A stretch of DNA of 50,375 nt, filler included, from Catajapyx aquilonaris (taxonomy: Eukaryota), in assembly GCA_000934665.2 (NCBI GenBank). It is 2 parts of 2 records of this genome, joined end to end, with 100 filler letters (N's around TTAATTAATTAA, not from the genome) between each part and the next. Parts side by side here need not be neighbours in the genome. Positions count along the whole stretch, not along the records: positions 1 to 25,010 come from JYFJ02005400.1; 1 more part is not named here. One strand, given 5' to 3'. The notes under the pieces are model-generated. The model saw nothing but the letters and a program-made list of their open reading frames with translations. It was not told the origin of the DNA and searched no databases. The first letter of the stretch is position 1, and each line of letters opens with the position of its first letter. The translations under genes were made by a program, and so were the position numbers. Shown piece after piece: positions 12,028-25,110 of this stretch.

Positions 12028-12851
12028 TGTAACATGTTTCCATTTGATTAGCCTTTTGAACATGCCACTTGCACTGTGTATTATCTGTTTGGGTTATCTC
12101 TTTCATTTTTTTTGTACCATGCTTACTTCGGTACTGCTGGTGGGTGATGAAAAAGAGAGAGACACGAGAGTTCGTCTGGATTGGTTGTGTCTTGGCGTGC
12201 TCGCGTGCTCAGGTGTTGGTTTGGTGGTTAATTGCCGTTAATTGTGGCAAGGTTTCCCCTTTCGAGGGAAGGGTTTGTTTCCTATAGTTGGTACATTCCA
12301 TTTAACCAAATCATTCAGTATTTCTCTAATTGGTGAACTAAGATTGGTTGTTTCACAATTAGTGTAGTCATACTTTTGGCACAGTCTCTCGCTTGTTTGG
12401 TGATTATTATTTGGTGCATACCCGTAATATCCTTGAAGTTAAACTTGGTTTTAAATTGAGTTATGAATTTATGTTTGGGAGAAACGGAATTTCTCAGGAA
12501 TTAGTGTGTCTCTTTACTTGGACATGTTTGCTCATGGTTTTATTTTACAGTTCAATGAGTCGAGGAAGGAAGTCCTTCAACCCATTGTTTCTTGATGACC
12601 TAGATGCATCGTCTGGATGCGAGGTTACCTTTCTATTTGTTAATTCCTGTTCAGGACAAGAGTGAGTTAATCCTCTTTTTGAGGTTACTGGAGTTGTATT
12701 TCTTTTTGGCAAGTTACGCCATTTCTTTTTGTTTCGATGTACATAGTTTTGGTTTATTATTTAAAAATGATTCTAATAAATGTATTTAAGTTGACTTGTC
12801 TTTCCTGCTTCTTTGAATCTATTTAATTTCACGCTTCCACTGTTTGTGACA
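12028..12851 (+). mobile_element. Probable solo LTR (~820 bp)
   Basis: TGTAACA ... TGTGACA termini (TG..CA, 6/7 inverted), T-rich body, AATAAA at 12775 about 70 bp before the end. No clean TSD. Confidence 0.5.
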
Positions 12852-13517
12852 CGAGAGGAGACCTTCCATTCTGTTATGGAAGTTTTTATCATTCCAGTTG
12901 TATGATTTTATTAAGATAAAGAGAGCCAGTGAACTGTATGAGGACACTGCTATGAATAAGCTTAGGAGCTATAATATGCTAAACATCTGGACAGTCTTTT
13001 CTCACCTCCTAATAAACCTTTTGGTTGACAACCGCTTGATGGAAGGCCCATAGTGTACGTGTATTCTGAAAGGATCTTCCGGCCAAGCTTTCAGAGAATT
13101 CACCATTGGTTATTGTAGCAATTTTAGGCGGTGGTATTGAACGTTTGGCCTTGCAGTGGCACTCCTGGTGTCTCAATATGTCCTGCCACCATTACACTCG
13201 AGTAAACCATGTCATGAATCTCTTTTTCCCCGCTCTCTTATGTATCTTTTTGTGTTGCTCATCCTTACGTGAGTTTGAGTAGATATGGCTCTTCTGCCAA
13301 TCAGATGTCAACCTTTGGTCCACTAGTAGACGAGACTTGTCTACTTTTGCAATAACTGTAACTGAACATATTCTGACTTTCATACCCATTCCTCCAAAAT
13401 ATTGTTATTCACTAGGGCTTGTAAAGATGAGAAAACCATACAGATCTTTACCGGTACGTATATTGCATTTTGTGAACCTCTCCAGCAATAGAGAGATTCA
13501 GGGGATCCGTTTTCCGA

Positions 13518-13840
13518 CACGCAACGAAAGACCAACGCATCGTAACTCCGCCCCGCCTGAAAGCGTATCATTTGACACGGTAGGAGTGTTTCAGGTGTCA
13601 GGTGAGCTAGTACGCTACCAACCCGGCACCCACACGCGCGACGTGCACACCGCCTGGGCTAGGTTAAGGTGGTAGCAGTGGGATGGCTTCGGTCAGCGGC
13701 ATGGGTATCGTCTAACGCTATCACCCCACCTTTATCGGGATACGCAACGTAGGGAGTGGGTGGGCGATAGCGGGATGGACCGCCGGACCAATCACCGCTT
13801 CGGTTATGCTTCTTCGGGGCCCACGGAGTTTCGTTGCGTG
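13518..13840. mobile_element. GC-rich MITE-like insertion
   Basis: 12-bp inverted repeat CACGCAACGAAA / TTTCGTTGCGTG bounding a GC-rich island in AT-rich DNA. Confidence 0.45.
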
Positions 13841-14803
13841 ACATACGATAAGGCGCACTGAAACTCTCTAAGGTGGTATGCTTGCAGAAAGAACCTTTAA
13901 GTTTCTTTGGTCAAAATGGATGCACAGCTTATGTATCGCAACTTTGCTGCGATGATGTTGAAAGGCCGTGTGCAAAACTCTTCTTTTAAAAATATTGTCG
14001 TCATGCAAAAATTTTCAGCCACAGAAGTACCAGTCAACACCAAAAATAAGTACAGACCCTTAACATAACAACGAGACTGTTTTCTATCTTTAATACGCTA
14101 CACTGTAGGGGCCATGCAAGGGGGTAACCACTTCGGTACTCCGGTGTACACCTGCGAGTGGTACTCCCTGGTACTCCTCAGGCACCTCACTCTTTATTAG
14201 CTACTCCTGGGTACTCCTTGAATTTGGTACTCCAGCAATGTACACTTTTCAGTCGAGTGATTACCCCCTTGGGGCCATGATTGTCAAAAACATAGACTGG
14301 CATGGTTTGGGCTCGAAAGTATATTATATGCATCTGTACACCCCTTACACATCTGTACACCCCTTACACATCTGTTCAACCCCTCACAAAAAATATTCTT
14401 GTAATGCCGCAAGACAAATATGATCAGTAACACAATACTGTTAGAACAAAAAAAATATTACGTCACATGCGCCTTCAAATAAATTCTCTAAAAACATAAA
14501 GATGGATTGCAATTTGTATATATAACATTCTTGTAGTATAGGTATAGGTGCTTTAAGGTGCGGGCTGATGGGACTCAACATGCATCTGGCAATGCTAAAT
14601 GCCGTCACCAACGGTGGTCAACAAGTCAGTCACCGGTCAAGGCAGCTTCAGTTTAGCCTTGCTCCCTGGAAAGACTGGCATTAGAACACAATTCTCAAAT
14701 AAACCAAAAGTGATCTCAAATTTCAAATATCTTTCAGAAAACTAAATGTAAATAATTGTGTGAAACAGAATTTCAAGCAGCCTCGTGCATTCGTAATATC
14801 TGT

Positions 14804-15408
14804 GGGTGATTCTCCAAAAACTAACCAATATGTATACTGTATGTCCCGGCATAGTAACTCAAAACTGGCTTGATTATTGGGAGAGTTGATTTTTAAATAG
14901 ATCTGCAGAAGCATTTTCCACCTAGCCATCCCCATGAAAACGAAGAGCAATATTCAATTACCTTTTACTCCAAAAAATGTCTAAGGGTCAAAAATAATTC
15001 TCCTGGCATGACCCGATCTTCCTTTAAAACGTACTATATTTTCTTACAATTGTATCATTAACATTAGACAAGTTCTAATACTATAATATTGAATTGTACA
15101 TAAGTTACTTGAAGGTATAAAACAACATTTTAAAAACAATTTAATCATTTGACACGACCTTGCTGCATCACTACAAACTGTCCCGACTAAAAAGATTGGG
15201 ACATGCCAAAAGAGTGATTTTAGGCCTTTAGACTTTTTTTCACAGTAAAAAGTAATAGAATATTTCTGTTTGTTTGCATGAGGATGGGTCAGTGTCAACT
15301 GCGTCTACAGATTTAAAAAAAAAATCAACTGTCTCAGTCAATCCATTTTTGAGTTACTATGCCGGGACATAATATTCATGGTATTGGTAAGTTTTTCCAG
15401 AATCACCC
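14804..15408. mobile_element. Tc1/mariner-type MITE with ~90-bp imperfect TIRs
   Basis: GGGTGATTCTCCAAAAACT...ATGTCCCGGCATAGTAACTCAAAA is inverted at TTTTGAGTTACTATGCCGGGACAT...AGTTTTTCCAGAATCACCC. Confidence 0.8.
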
Positions 15409-15667
15409 TTATACAAAAATGCACAGATAGAAGACCACATGATGGCTTTTGGAAATGATTGTTTCATTAACATTGGTGTGTATCATATGTTCCAGGACGA
15501 AACATGCGCCCCAGAAAATCACATTAGGAGCAAGTGAATGACACTAATTCTGTGATCATTCCACGATGCCGTTATCATTCTGCTTGACTCCCATTTCTAC
15601 CCATCTGTCTGGTCCTCACCTGGCTTCGATTCCAATATGACCACCACATCGTCCGGAGGTGGCAGGC

Positions 15668-16599
15668 TTATCCCTGCATTTGTGGCACCTGACCCCCCAA
15701 TCCCTCTTTGCTATTCCCTTCGGCAGACGTCTCCTGCAGCTCCTGTTGGATGGAGTTCTTGAACATCTTCTTCTGTCCTCCACGGGAAGACCTCCTTCCC
15801 TTGTGGAATGAACTCCTCTTCTTCTTCCGTTTTCTCTTTCCACCTAGAGGTCCCGGGGTGGGGCTCCTGGTGAGGATCCTCATCCTAATACTATTTCGCC
15901 TTCTGCTCCTGCTACGGGATGGGCTCCTGCCTCTCTTGTATTCTGATGACATCCGACCGTCGTCATTATGATCATGATAATGATCATCGTCATCATCATC
16001 GTTCTCCTTGACGGAGCAAGTGGCCAGTTTAACCACGAGTATGTTGGCCATGTCCCCGACCTTTCCACTGTACGTAGCCCGTCTTCGGTCACGGGAAGGA
16101 GCGTGATGGATCCTCCGGGTAGCCCTGTAGCACTCGTCCGACGAGTGCCTTTTCATAGTTCTCGATTGCCGGACAAAGCGAGGAAGGACCAGCTCAACCT
16201 AAGGGTGGACACAATATAGGGTACAAGGGGTTTCTCTGCCCAAGTGAGCAGAAGAGAGGATGGGTAAGAGGAGAGGGAGAGTTGATGAATTAGGCACTCC
16301 TGGGTCACTGATGAACCTTTATGTATAGGGGTCTGCCTTATTCACACATCCAGGGGTAATTAATCCATCGACTCTCCAACGCCTTCATCTCCTATCCGGA
16401 TAGTTAACTTGGGCAAAGGAATACCCTTAAGTCTTAACAGATTTTTAACAATATCTTTACTCTCACAGGTTAGTTCAGTTTTGTATCCATTCTGTAGAGA
16501 AAATAATAATGTTACCTCAGAGGGCCCTTCCAATGTTGGAACATCAGGCAAACAATAGTTTCCTTCATCTCCTTTCTTCTCATTAGAGCGACTCGCCAT
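15668..16599 (-). CDS. Uncharacterised ~249-aa protein: possible alpha-crystallin/HSP20-like core, acidic patch, and Arg/Ser/Lys-rich tail (exons 16599-16381, 16198-15668; likely 5'UTR exon ~17228-17116)
   Basis: ORFs 16360-16602 and 15668-16156 join in frame via GGC|gttgga ... cccttag|GTTGAG. The donor is weak. An upstream exon ends in CAAG|gtgagt at 17116. Confidence 0.6.
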
Positions 16600-18090
16600 C
16601 AACGGTTTGACCTTTTGAACAAAACATTCAAATCAATAGTACAAGTAATATAATATTTCGGTGTCTATAGTAAAGATGCTACATAGTCAGACAGAGCTGA
16701 CGCCTACCTATATATTTAAAAAATATACCGTACGAGAATGTGAACTTGTATCAATGGCCTTTTCATAACTTCATAAGCAACATTGGGAAATATTTTAAAG
16801 ATCTTATTGAGAAGGAAAAACCCCGATAGGCCGTTATCACTGCTGAGGGAGGAGAGTCACTGATACCTCCCAAGAAACCTGCTTAAACACATTCATTTTG
16901 TAACAATCATGGTATAAATGAAAGTGTGCTTCTTTTGCAAAACTGGTCAAAATATTATTAATTAATATTAGCCATATTTTAAATTTTGCGGCATTTCTGA
17001 TATAGTTTGCCTTGCTTCAGGTACCGGTACTGTGTATACAATATTCGTCCTGGACGGACCGTTTGGCCCGCAAGCAGTGGTCTCATATACAAACTCATAT
17101 ACAAACTCTACTCACCTTGTAGGGCCGCGTAATATGTAAGCTTCTGAGATATTGTCTCAATAAGGCTTTTCAAAATGTCCTTTGAAGTAAGGAACACAAC
17201 CTTCGCTTCCGACTAGCCGAACCTTCTGCTAGAATAAATAAAGTCACAGCACTATGACTACTTTAATATTGTTGGTGCGTTGTCAAGTGTTGGGTTACCT
17301 TGGGTTACTAATTGCCCAGAGAACCGTATCCTAGGTGGTGCCTCGCGTCTTAACAACCGCAAGATTTGGTCCTGGACAGCATTCACCGCTCGAGGAACAC
17401 GTGGATGATTCATAATACTTGTCCGAATAATATAACTATTTATAGACACTTTAGGCTGCTTCTTCTCCGAGATATGAATTTAGAAAATTGATAATTTTGT
17501 GCCATGGCTCCTAAAGTAAAATAATTGTAATGCGACTGACATTGTTTGTTGAATGGAAATCACGAATCAGTTACTTTAAATATTCTCATATAGACCGCGC
17601 ATATGGTTGAGATAATTTTCATTTTTTGTCAATTAATTTGTCAATGAAGTGATACTTTGCGTATACAGTTGAATGTGACGTTGGGGCAATGGGGCCATTG
17701 CCATCCCTCCATGCAGACCGAGTTAGCTGACCTTGCCTGAACAGCCCCTTTTTGTTGGGGGACTCACTCCCTTTTTGAGCTTCATGATGTGAGGGTGTCC
17801 AGAGGAGCTGCTGATACTGGCATATTGAGTGACAATATCGCAAGTTGACGACAAAAAATGTGCGGGCAGTAATGACACATTTTCCATAGGAATTAATTAT
17901 TGCCAGGCACATACTTTTTTTTAAAGTGAGCATGGAAGGAATAATAGTACCCACTATAAGAACTTTGTCCGGACTCCTTTCCACACTACAAATGACAGGC
18001 TGGTAATTAATTGACATATAACGTAAATAATATGTAAGTAATAATTATGACAACGGCAGTTCTCAAGCGTATGGAACTGCCTGAAGGTGT

Positions 18091-21000
18091 TTATTGCTCG
18101 TAGTCGATACATTGTCCAATTTGTGCTCCTCTTTTCTGTAACAGTTTACCCACAATATCCCTCGCTTCGCAGATCATATGTTGGAATTTGAACAACCGCC
18201 AGTGAAGCCGTTTTTCTGCAGTAAAGGCGTCCTCCTTTGCTTCGTGTCCTATGATGTCTACTTCGTACGTCCACAACGAGAGCACTTTTGGAATATCCTT
18301 ATTCAGAGCAAGACTTCGCAGTTCAATTTGCTCCCCATAAAAATGCATCTTGTTGCGATTGTGCGCATTTTCATAAGCTTTCCATGCCTCCAGCCTTTCA
18401 GACAATCTGAAATAAGAGTCGTAAGCAATAAGCAACGTATATCGCTCATTCTTGTTTGTGTGTCTCTTTTTCCAAGCTCTCTGTATCACAAGGAATACAA
18501 AACAACACACATTTTGGTTTTCTCTTCAAAGACAGCGTTCCTGTTTTCAATGCATTCCACCTTTCGTGACAACTCGTCTATAAGTATCTCGTAGTCGATC
18601 TGCAATGCAAATCGATGGTGTCTCCTTTGATCGCGTAATTTCCCCAGTTTGTCTAACTGGCGCACTTCTTGGTCCTGAAATGATTAATTATTATTCAGTA
18701 ACTTCAGCCGGCGTCCAAACTTGTCAGAAGAATACATGACCAGGGTAGGAGTAAGTAATTGAGTGTTTTTTTATTCAACAACAACTTTTCTCGAGCAAGA
18801 ATAAGTACTTACTGTCCGAAACCTTAACATGTGCTTCCTAGATATCATCGGTTTTAACTGTTTGTACAATGTTTCCACATCCTTCCTTAATCCTGAAATT
18901 CACGTGTCCATAGCATTAGAGTTAGTAATATTACACTGTCACGTTATTAAGAATGCCCCATTAATATTGCAAGCAAAATATCTTGCATCTTACACCGCCT
19001 TATCCGAATGCCATCCACTCCGGACATCACACCCCATAACTTGGGCGATTGTATAGGCTCGCTAAGACGCGGAGTTGTCATGCCTTGCTCATGATAATTG
19101 TGGAAATTGTACACCATGTGTTACATGCATGTCCTATAGCTCATGACAATTTTGACATTTTCCGAACCTGTTATCATTTTGGATTGTCCGGAGTGGGTGG
19201 CATTCAAACATGGCGCCTGGTAAGATCTGCCTTTTAACAACCATGCACAATTCTTTGGAGCATTCACGGTCTTCGTAATTCATATGCAGTACGTACTAGC
19301 TAATCGTAGCTTTTTTCGTGCTACTTTCATCTTCACTATCATTAAGGTTTCGGTTAAGGCCTGAAGCTTCTCTAGTCCTCTTAGCCATGACCACAGATAT
19401 GCATTGGTTTTTCTTTCAGCTTCACTTTCGTCGCTCTGCAGTAACACAATTATGATACAATATATAAGGCATCAAATTGATTATATTACAAGTAAAAATT
19501 CCGAAGAGTTGCCAAATGACATATATATCCAAGTGGGGTGATAGGTCTAACTTACCTTTAGTTCCACGATCGTCGAAGCAAGCTGTAGGGAGTACTTCCT
19601 TTTCTGCGTTAAGTTCTGGGTCAAAGTATCTTCTGCATCGCGTAATTCTTCCTTGGACTTACCCAAGAGTTGGGCCATCTCATATATCTGTGTATAAAAA
19701 CAGTGCCCAACATGTGTCAATCAGCACTTGGCAATGACATGGCAATGCACAAAAGCAAGCGAACATACTGTGACAGCGACTGATGAACCCCTCTCTCGTA
19801 AGTAGATCACTCTCTCGGACATCAGGTTAACGATTTTCTTTTGAAAGTTTATCTTACGCTCCATAAATTCAGACATCATTTGTTTCTGTTTCTGTAGATT
19901 TAGCCGCACGTCCGTTGCCTGATGCACGTTATCGCCCTGAACTACCGCAATCCTTCGCACTTCACCCAGTCTAAGGCTGAAAAGTGTACGGACGTACGGT
20001 GTAATGTCACTAATGTGCTGCATACAGTTTGATTGTTGCACATAGTTATATTTTACATGCACGAGGTTACCTGAAGGAATTCATCTCCTCAGTCACATCC
20101 TTATAATATTTGGGAAGGTTTATACGGAGTTGCTTAACTTGGGCCTGTGTACTTCGGGACCTGGCCTCCATTTCCTCAATCGCCTCCTTAACTTCCAAAG
20201 CTGTTCTTTTATCAGACTCGAATATTTCTTGTAATTCACATAGTTCTGCAACATAACAGATCATATGAGCAAATTCGACATATGTACATTAATGTACTGA
20301 TTTCGATTATTTCCATATTAACAGTGCAGCAGACCTGTTTCGTAATTATTTTCAAACAGTAATTAAAATAAATGCAACAGTTGTACTTGTGACTTCCTCG
20401 TGCCTTTCATTTTTTGATGTATAATGTATATTATGAGGCAGTTCTTGTCACAAATATCCGAACATTTAGAAAATATGAAGTGAACCTAACTGGCATAGTA
20501 CCGACTGGCTCATCCACTGGATACTGTTCGGACAAAAAAGATGGGACACCCTGTATGCAAGCAGAGAGTTCCACATACAATGTGCGTTGTAGTGGGAGGT
20601 TTTCATCCAAGACGGTTAATTTTAAGCAGTTAATTTTAATGGTTAGATTAAAAGAATTAGTTAATCATATTAGGTTGACTTGATTGATCTATATCCCATC
20701 TGTGAATGGCAATTGGGAGTTGCCCATTTGAACTATTGGCTTCTAAAGTCAATGAGAGAAAACTATTTTACTGGCCAGTTGTATAATTATACAGTAGGCT
20801 TCCTTGCAGGCGTAACAAAGGGTGAGTCAACGCAACATATCACTAATACTTTATTAACTAGGGCCTACTAAATGTAACAATATTGATACATTTATGCTTA
20901 TAATAAACAGCTTAGTTACAAAAATTGCAAACTACGAGTAGCGTAAAAAAGAATATTTCGATTGGAACATCCTTCATACTATTATTATGTTTAATATGTA

Positions 21001-22744
21001 AAGGTACTCACCAGCTTCTATCTGCAATTTTTTCTCTTTTACCCCCTCTCTCTTCAGTGTCGCCGATTTCTTGACTTCTAAGACATCATCCAGTTCTTCT
21101 TCTAATGGTTCCCGCACCTCGGCTACATCTTCCTCTGCTTGTTGTATCAAATCGCGTAAGTCCTGCCTATGTCAAAAATCATGACACTGTGAATCTTGCT
21201 TTAATTTAGCATCCAGATACTGTCTAGCAAGTAGATATGTCTAGATACTTACATCCAGATCTCTCCCTTGCGGATGATCGCCTGTTGTTTGTAGCTTTCT
21301 CGAGAACGGCAGTCTCTTTTGTACTGGAGTTCACTTATTTCAGTTCTGGCTATGCTAATTCTTTGATGTGAGAATCTGACTCGGCCTTTTATAGTGTATT
21401 CTTTCGCTTTTATCGTTTGGTAAATGCTGCATATGTCATGTAAAAGACAACAATAATGGTAGCTATCGTTAAGTTTTGCTTAAAATATACTAAATATACT
21501 GTATAAATAACAAGAAGTCGGAGAGTTAAATTCCGAAATTCACAGCCGTCAAAGTTAGACTGCTCAAAATGTTTCTTTCATGCGTAATTCATTATGAAAA
21601 AGACATTTTAGTCGTCATTAAAGAACCACAATACTAACTCATCATATCGTTTTACGGCGTCCTCAGCGAAGGCGTATTCTTTTTTCGCGAGGTATATCTT
21701 CTGCATAAGATCTCTCTTTTGGCATGTAGAGGCTGCTCTAAAATGTACCACCTCATTTCTCACACTGATCATTTTTTCAGTGGTCTCCCGTAGCTGAAGA
21801 ATAGGCAGGAAGTTGACAGTACATGAATATGTAGGAGGAAATTTCTTGAGAAGCTATTGAGTGGCACACGATTAATATTGTGTGCATCAGAATATATTAT
21901 TGATCTCACATTTTCATCGGTGCAAATGCGAGGCAGGTTTGTACAAGAAACTGCTCCTGACACTAATGTGATCTCAGGTCTGATGCACACAGCAAAGCAT
22001 TGTCAACCACACAAAAATCGCGATGTCCTGCACGATTTTGTGACCTACCACTAAGTCCCATTTTCGTAGTTTCCTCGCAGTCGCAGGAATGATTCTTGTA
22101 ATATCGATCGTGTTCAATACTAGTTTGGTGTGCTTGTTGAGCATCTTCAAGTGCTTATGGTTTACAGCTTTATCAGTTCTTTTCGCCTCGTCGATTTTTT
22201 CATCGACTTCGGTCAAGGTGACCTCTACCTTGGCTAGCTCTTCCTTAGATTCTTTCCAATGTGCCATATAGTTTTGTCGTAGAATTATTTTAAAATCCAT
22301 GTTGAGCTTCATACATTCTAAGTACATGAAAAATTTTTTCACATGAAGTGAAAGTGAATGTAATAATAATAGGCATGTCACCTACTAACCGAGTAAAGTT
22401 TTTTGTCTCTTGTTTGCCTTTTGTTCCAACGCACTGTTTTCACTAGAAAGTGCCTCAAACTTGGCCTTCACCTTTGCGTCGTGCTCTTGTAGGTACGCGA
22501 TTCTTTCTCTGAGGAACCGTAAATTGGACTTAAACTCGTCCGTCACCTCCAAATGACCACTCCACAATTCCTCTGGGAATTGAAGAAAAAGTGAATAAAC
22601 TTATATCAGGTATTTGCCTAGGCTAAACCATAATTATATGTAATTCAGTTGCGAATGAAACTTACCAACTCTTTCTAGGGACGCAAGAGCTGCTCTAGCG
22701 TGCTTGCTAGAGTACTTCGTAAAAGGTTCCATCGAGTAAGGCAT
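18091..22744 (-). CDS. Long coiled-coil protein, 750 aa, 13 exons, CCDC175-like
   Basis: Exons 22744-22666, 22572-22390, 22317-22049, 21793-21639, 21426-21253, 21166-21012, 20245-20071, 19976-19769, 19687-19556, 19435-19297, 18892-18813, 18674-18561, 18480-18091. All introns are GT-AG, phases match, total 2253 nt from ATG to TAA with no internal stop; E/K/L/R-rich helical composition. The gene model is well supported; the CCDC175 label is tentative. Confidence 0.85.
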
Positions 22745-23600
22745 GGCTGCTGTATAAAACACGCACTGAAAAAAAAACCCGCCTGCCTCACCGATGGGTT
22801 ACTGACCAACAATGAAACATGCTGGTTGTTTACTCTGGCAGGAAAGTCTCCATGGGCACAATGATTGCCGTTGCAACGCAACATGCGAGGCTTCTAGAGG
22901 CATATCTAAAATAAGTCAGAACGGTTCTTCTCAACTTATAAAACTCAGGCACTCATCTGCTAATTAACTAATGTCATGTCGCACCCAAACAAGTCAGACA
23001 ATATAGTAGATCTTTAGCACATTTTATGATAACTGATAATATCAAGCTGATATATGGAGGCCACCTGACTTGTGGGCTAAGATGCTGAAAGAGGAAGAGG
23101 AAATCGTCTGGGTAGGAATCTCTGTGTAAAACCGAAACTGACTTCTGGCATATTAATTTTTCCTTTCTGCAAGTATTTAGGCAACCGGTACCTGTGAAAA
23201 TTTGACGTTTTAAAAAAACAGCCAATATCTTACGCTGTATTGTCACCATTTTGAATTTAATTTATGTGAAAATACCTGATAACGGTACATAATGCCACCA
23301 GTTGGTTTCTGATGATAGCCCTAACAATCATTTTACCTATGACGATAAAATAAAAAGGGGCAGAGATGTTTCAGTTTCCGCAAACCATTATAATTCCAAA
23401 AATGCTCCCCCCTGTAACGCAAATATGGCCGCTGAGCTACAACAAAAAAAAAACCAATTTAAAGCAACGATCGTAATGAACTATACAAACATTGTTAGGC
23501 AAGACGGAAGAATTATAATTTTTCTAAAGATTTAACCACCCAGGTTGGACCACTTCATATGGGTTGGCCTATGGCTGGCCCTATAAAAATTATAGGGCTT

Positions 23601-24605
23601 GGGTGCAGTTTAGAGCCGCAAAAATCTTGCAAGTTTCTATACATTTTCTGAATCTACTCGATGACACTATTCCTATTGTGCGGAAATGTGTGGTTCAAGA
23701 GTAATTGAATTTTGAAATTGCATGTAATAACAATGAATAAAATGAAAGTAAACAAGTGTTCCTTTGTTGAGACGTTCACTCCCATTGTTGCGTCAGGTGA
23801 TTCTCCGTGGAAACGTGCTGTGAGGGATGCTGAATGATGTAAATAAACGGTTGTTCTTGGTTCGTTGGACATAGAACGAGAGTGTAGGAGTTTAATTTAA
23901 CATCATTCAGGAGCGTCCATGGCCGAGGCATTGCATCGGTGCTTATCAGGAATAATTGGGCAAGCCTTCCTGGAAGTAATGAGGGAGGTTGCTTGGTATC
24001 TCCTGGGCCACTGCTCGAGGCCTCTCGCCCGCCAACAAAATGAATCCTAAGCTTTTACTCAAGGCATGCCCCACTCTGATTGTGTTGGTGTTATCTGTGA
24101 GGCGTTGGTGTGACCGCACCAGTACTGTCCGTCTTGTGGCCCTGCCAGGCGCGGTGCGTCGTCTGTGCGTGATATTTTTAGTTTTTGCGGAGCGATAGCG
24201 GAGCTGGGCGCTTATTGTGGGTTTCTGTATCCGCAACATTTACTGTCCGTCTTGCGGCGCCGCAGGCCAACGAACGTTATTGTGGTTTTGCCACATCCAC
24301 ATCCGCAACACCCACATCTACACCACCACAAGGCGGACAGTATTTCTGCCAACACACAACCCCCAAACTACGTTTAAAATTACCATGGATATTCGTTCAC
24401 TCAACAATGGGAGTAAACTGTTTCAACAAAGAAACACTTGTTTATTTTCATTTATTCATTGTTATTACTTGTAATTTCAAAATTCAATTACTCTTGCACC
24501 AAGCATTTCCGCACTCTAGGAATAGTGTCATTCGACTCATCTCATCGAGTAGATTCAGAAAATATATAGAAACATGGAAGACTTTTGCGGCTCTAAACTG
24601 CACCC
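23601..24605. mobile_element. Non-autonomous TIR transposon with ~190-bp TIRs (PIF/Harbinger-like GGG termini)
   Basis: GGGTGCAGTTTAGAGCCGCAAAA...CTCCCATTGTTG (23601-23790) is inverted at CAACAATGGGAG...TTTTGCGGCTCTAAACTGCACCC (24402-24605). Confidence 0.85.
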
Positions 24606-25010
24606 TTACCAATTATAGCGACAAAATTTTAAATGTGTCTCGGGTTGCCAAAAATTAGAGACCTTCTGACATCATGTTCGATTCGTCGGCATCAGGTAGG
24701 CCTATACTAGCCTACATAATAATCATCAATTTCCCTAGGGCCTAGCGCCTATGTGATGAAAATTTCGAACCCGTGTTGCGAACCACGGTTGTGAACTATC
24801 CCACTGCGACATGACTGTCGTGCATGAAGCATCACTGTCGAGGAATGTTTGTCGTATACGCCGTTTTTATGTTACGTTCAAACCCCGAAAACGGCCATTG
24901 GGCGAAGAAAAAGAAAACGTCCAGACTGCGGAACGCTCTATGTCAAACCACCAATTCCGCAGAATTGATGGTTTGACATGGAGCATTCCGCAGATTTCAG
25001 ATTTTGGGAT

Positions 25011-25110
25011 NNNNNNNNNNNNNNNNNNNNNNNNNNNNNNNNNNNNNNNNNNNNTTAATTAATTAANNNNNNNNNNNNNNNNNNNNNNNNNNNNNNNNNN
25101 NNNNNNNNNN
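25011..25110. other. Artificial assembly spacer: 44 N + TTAATTAATTAA + 44 N
   Basis: Exactly 100 bp, symmetric; the palindromic 12-mer places stop codons in all six frames. Confidence 0.95.

Noticed and set aside
14101..14385. GGTACTCC and CATCTGTACACCCCTTACA short repeats after a CACTG motif
   Set aside because: Probably subterminal repeats of a decayed transposon; no matching second terminus identified.
18481..18560. Apparent frameshift or premature stop near the end of the coiled-coil gene
   Set aside because: Resolved by an 80-nt phase-0 intron (AAG|gtggaa ... atacag|AGA).
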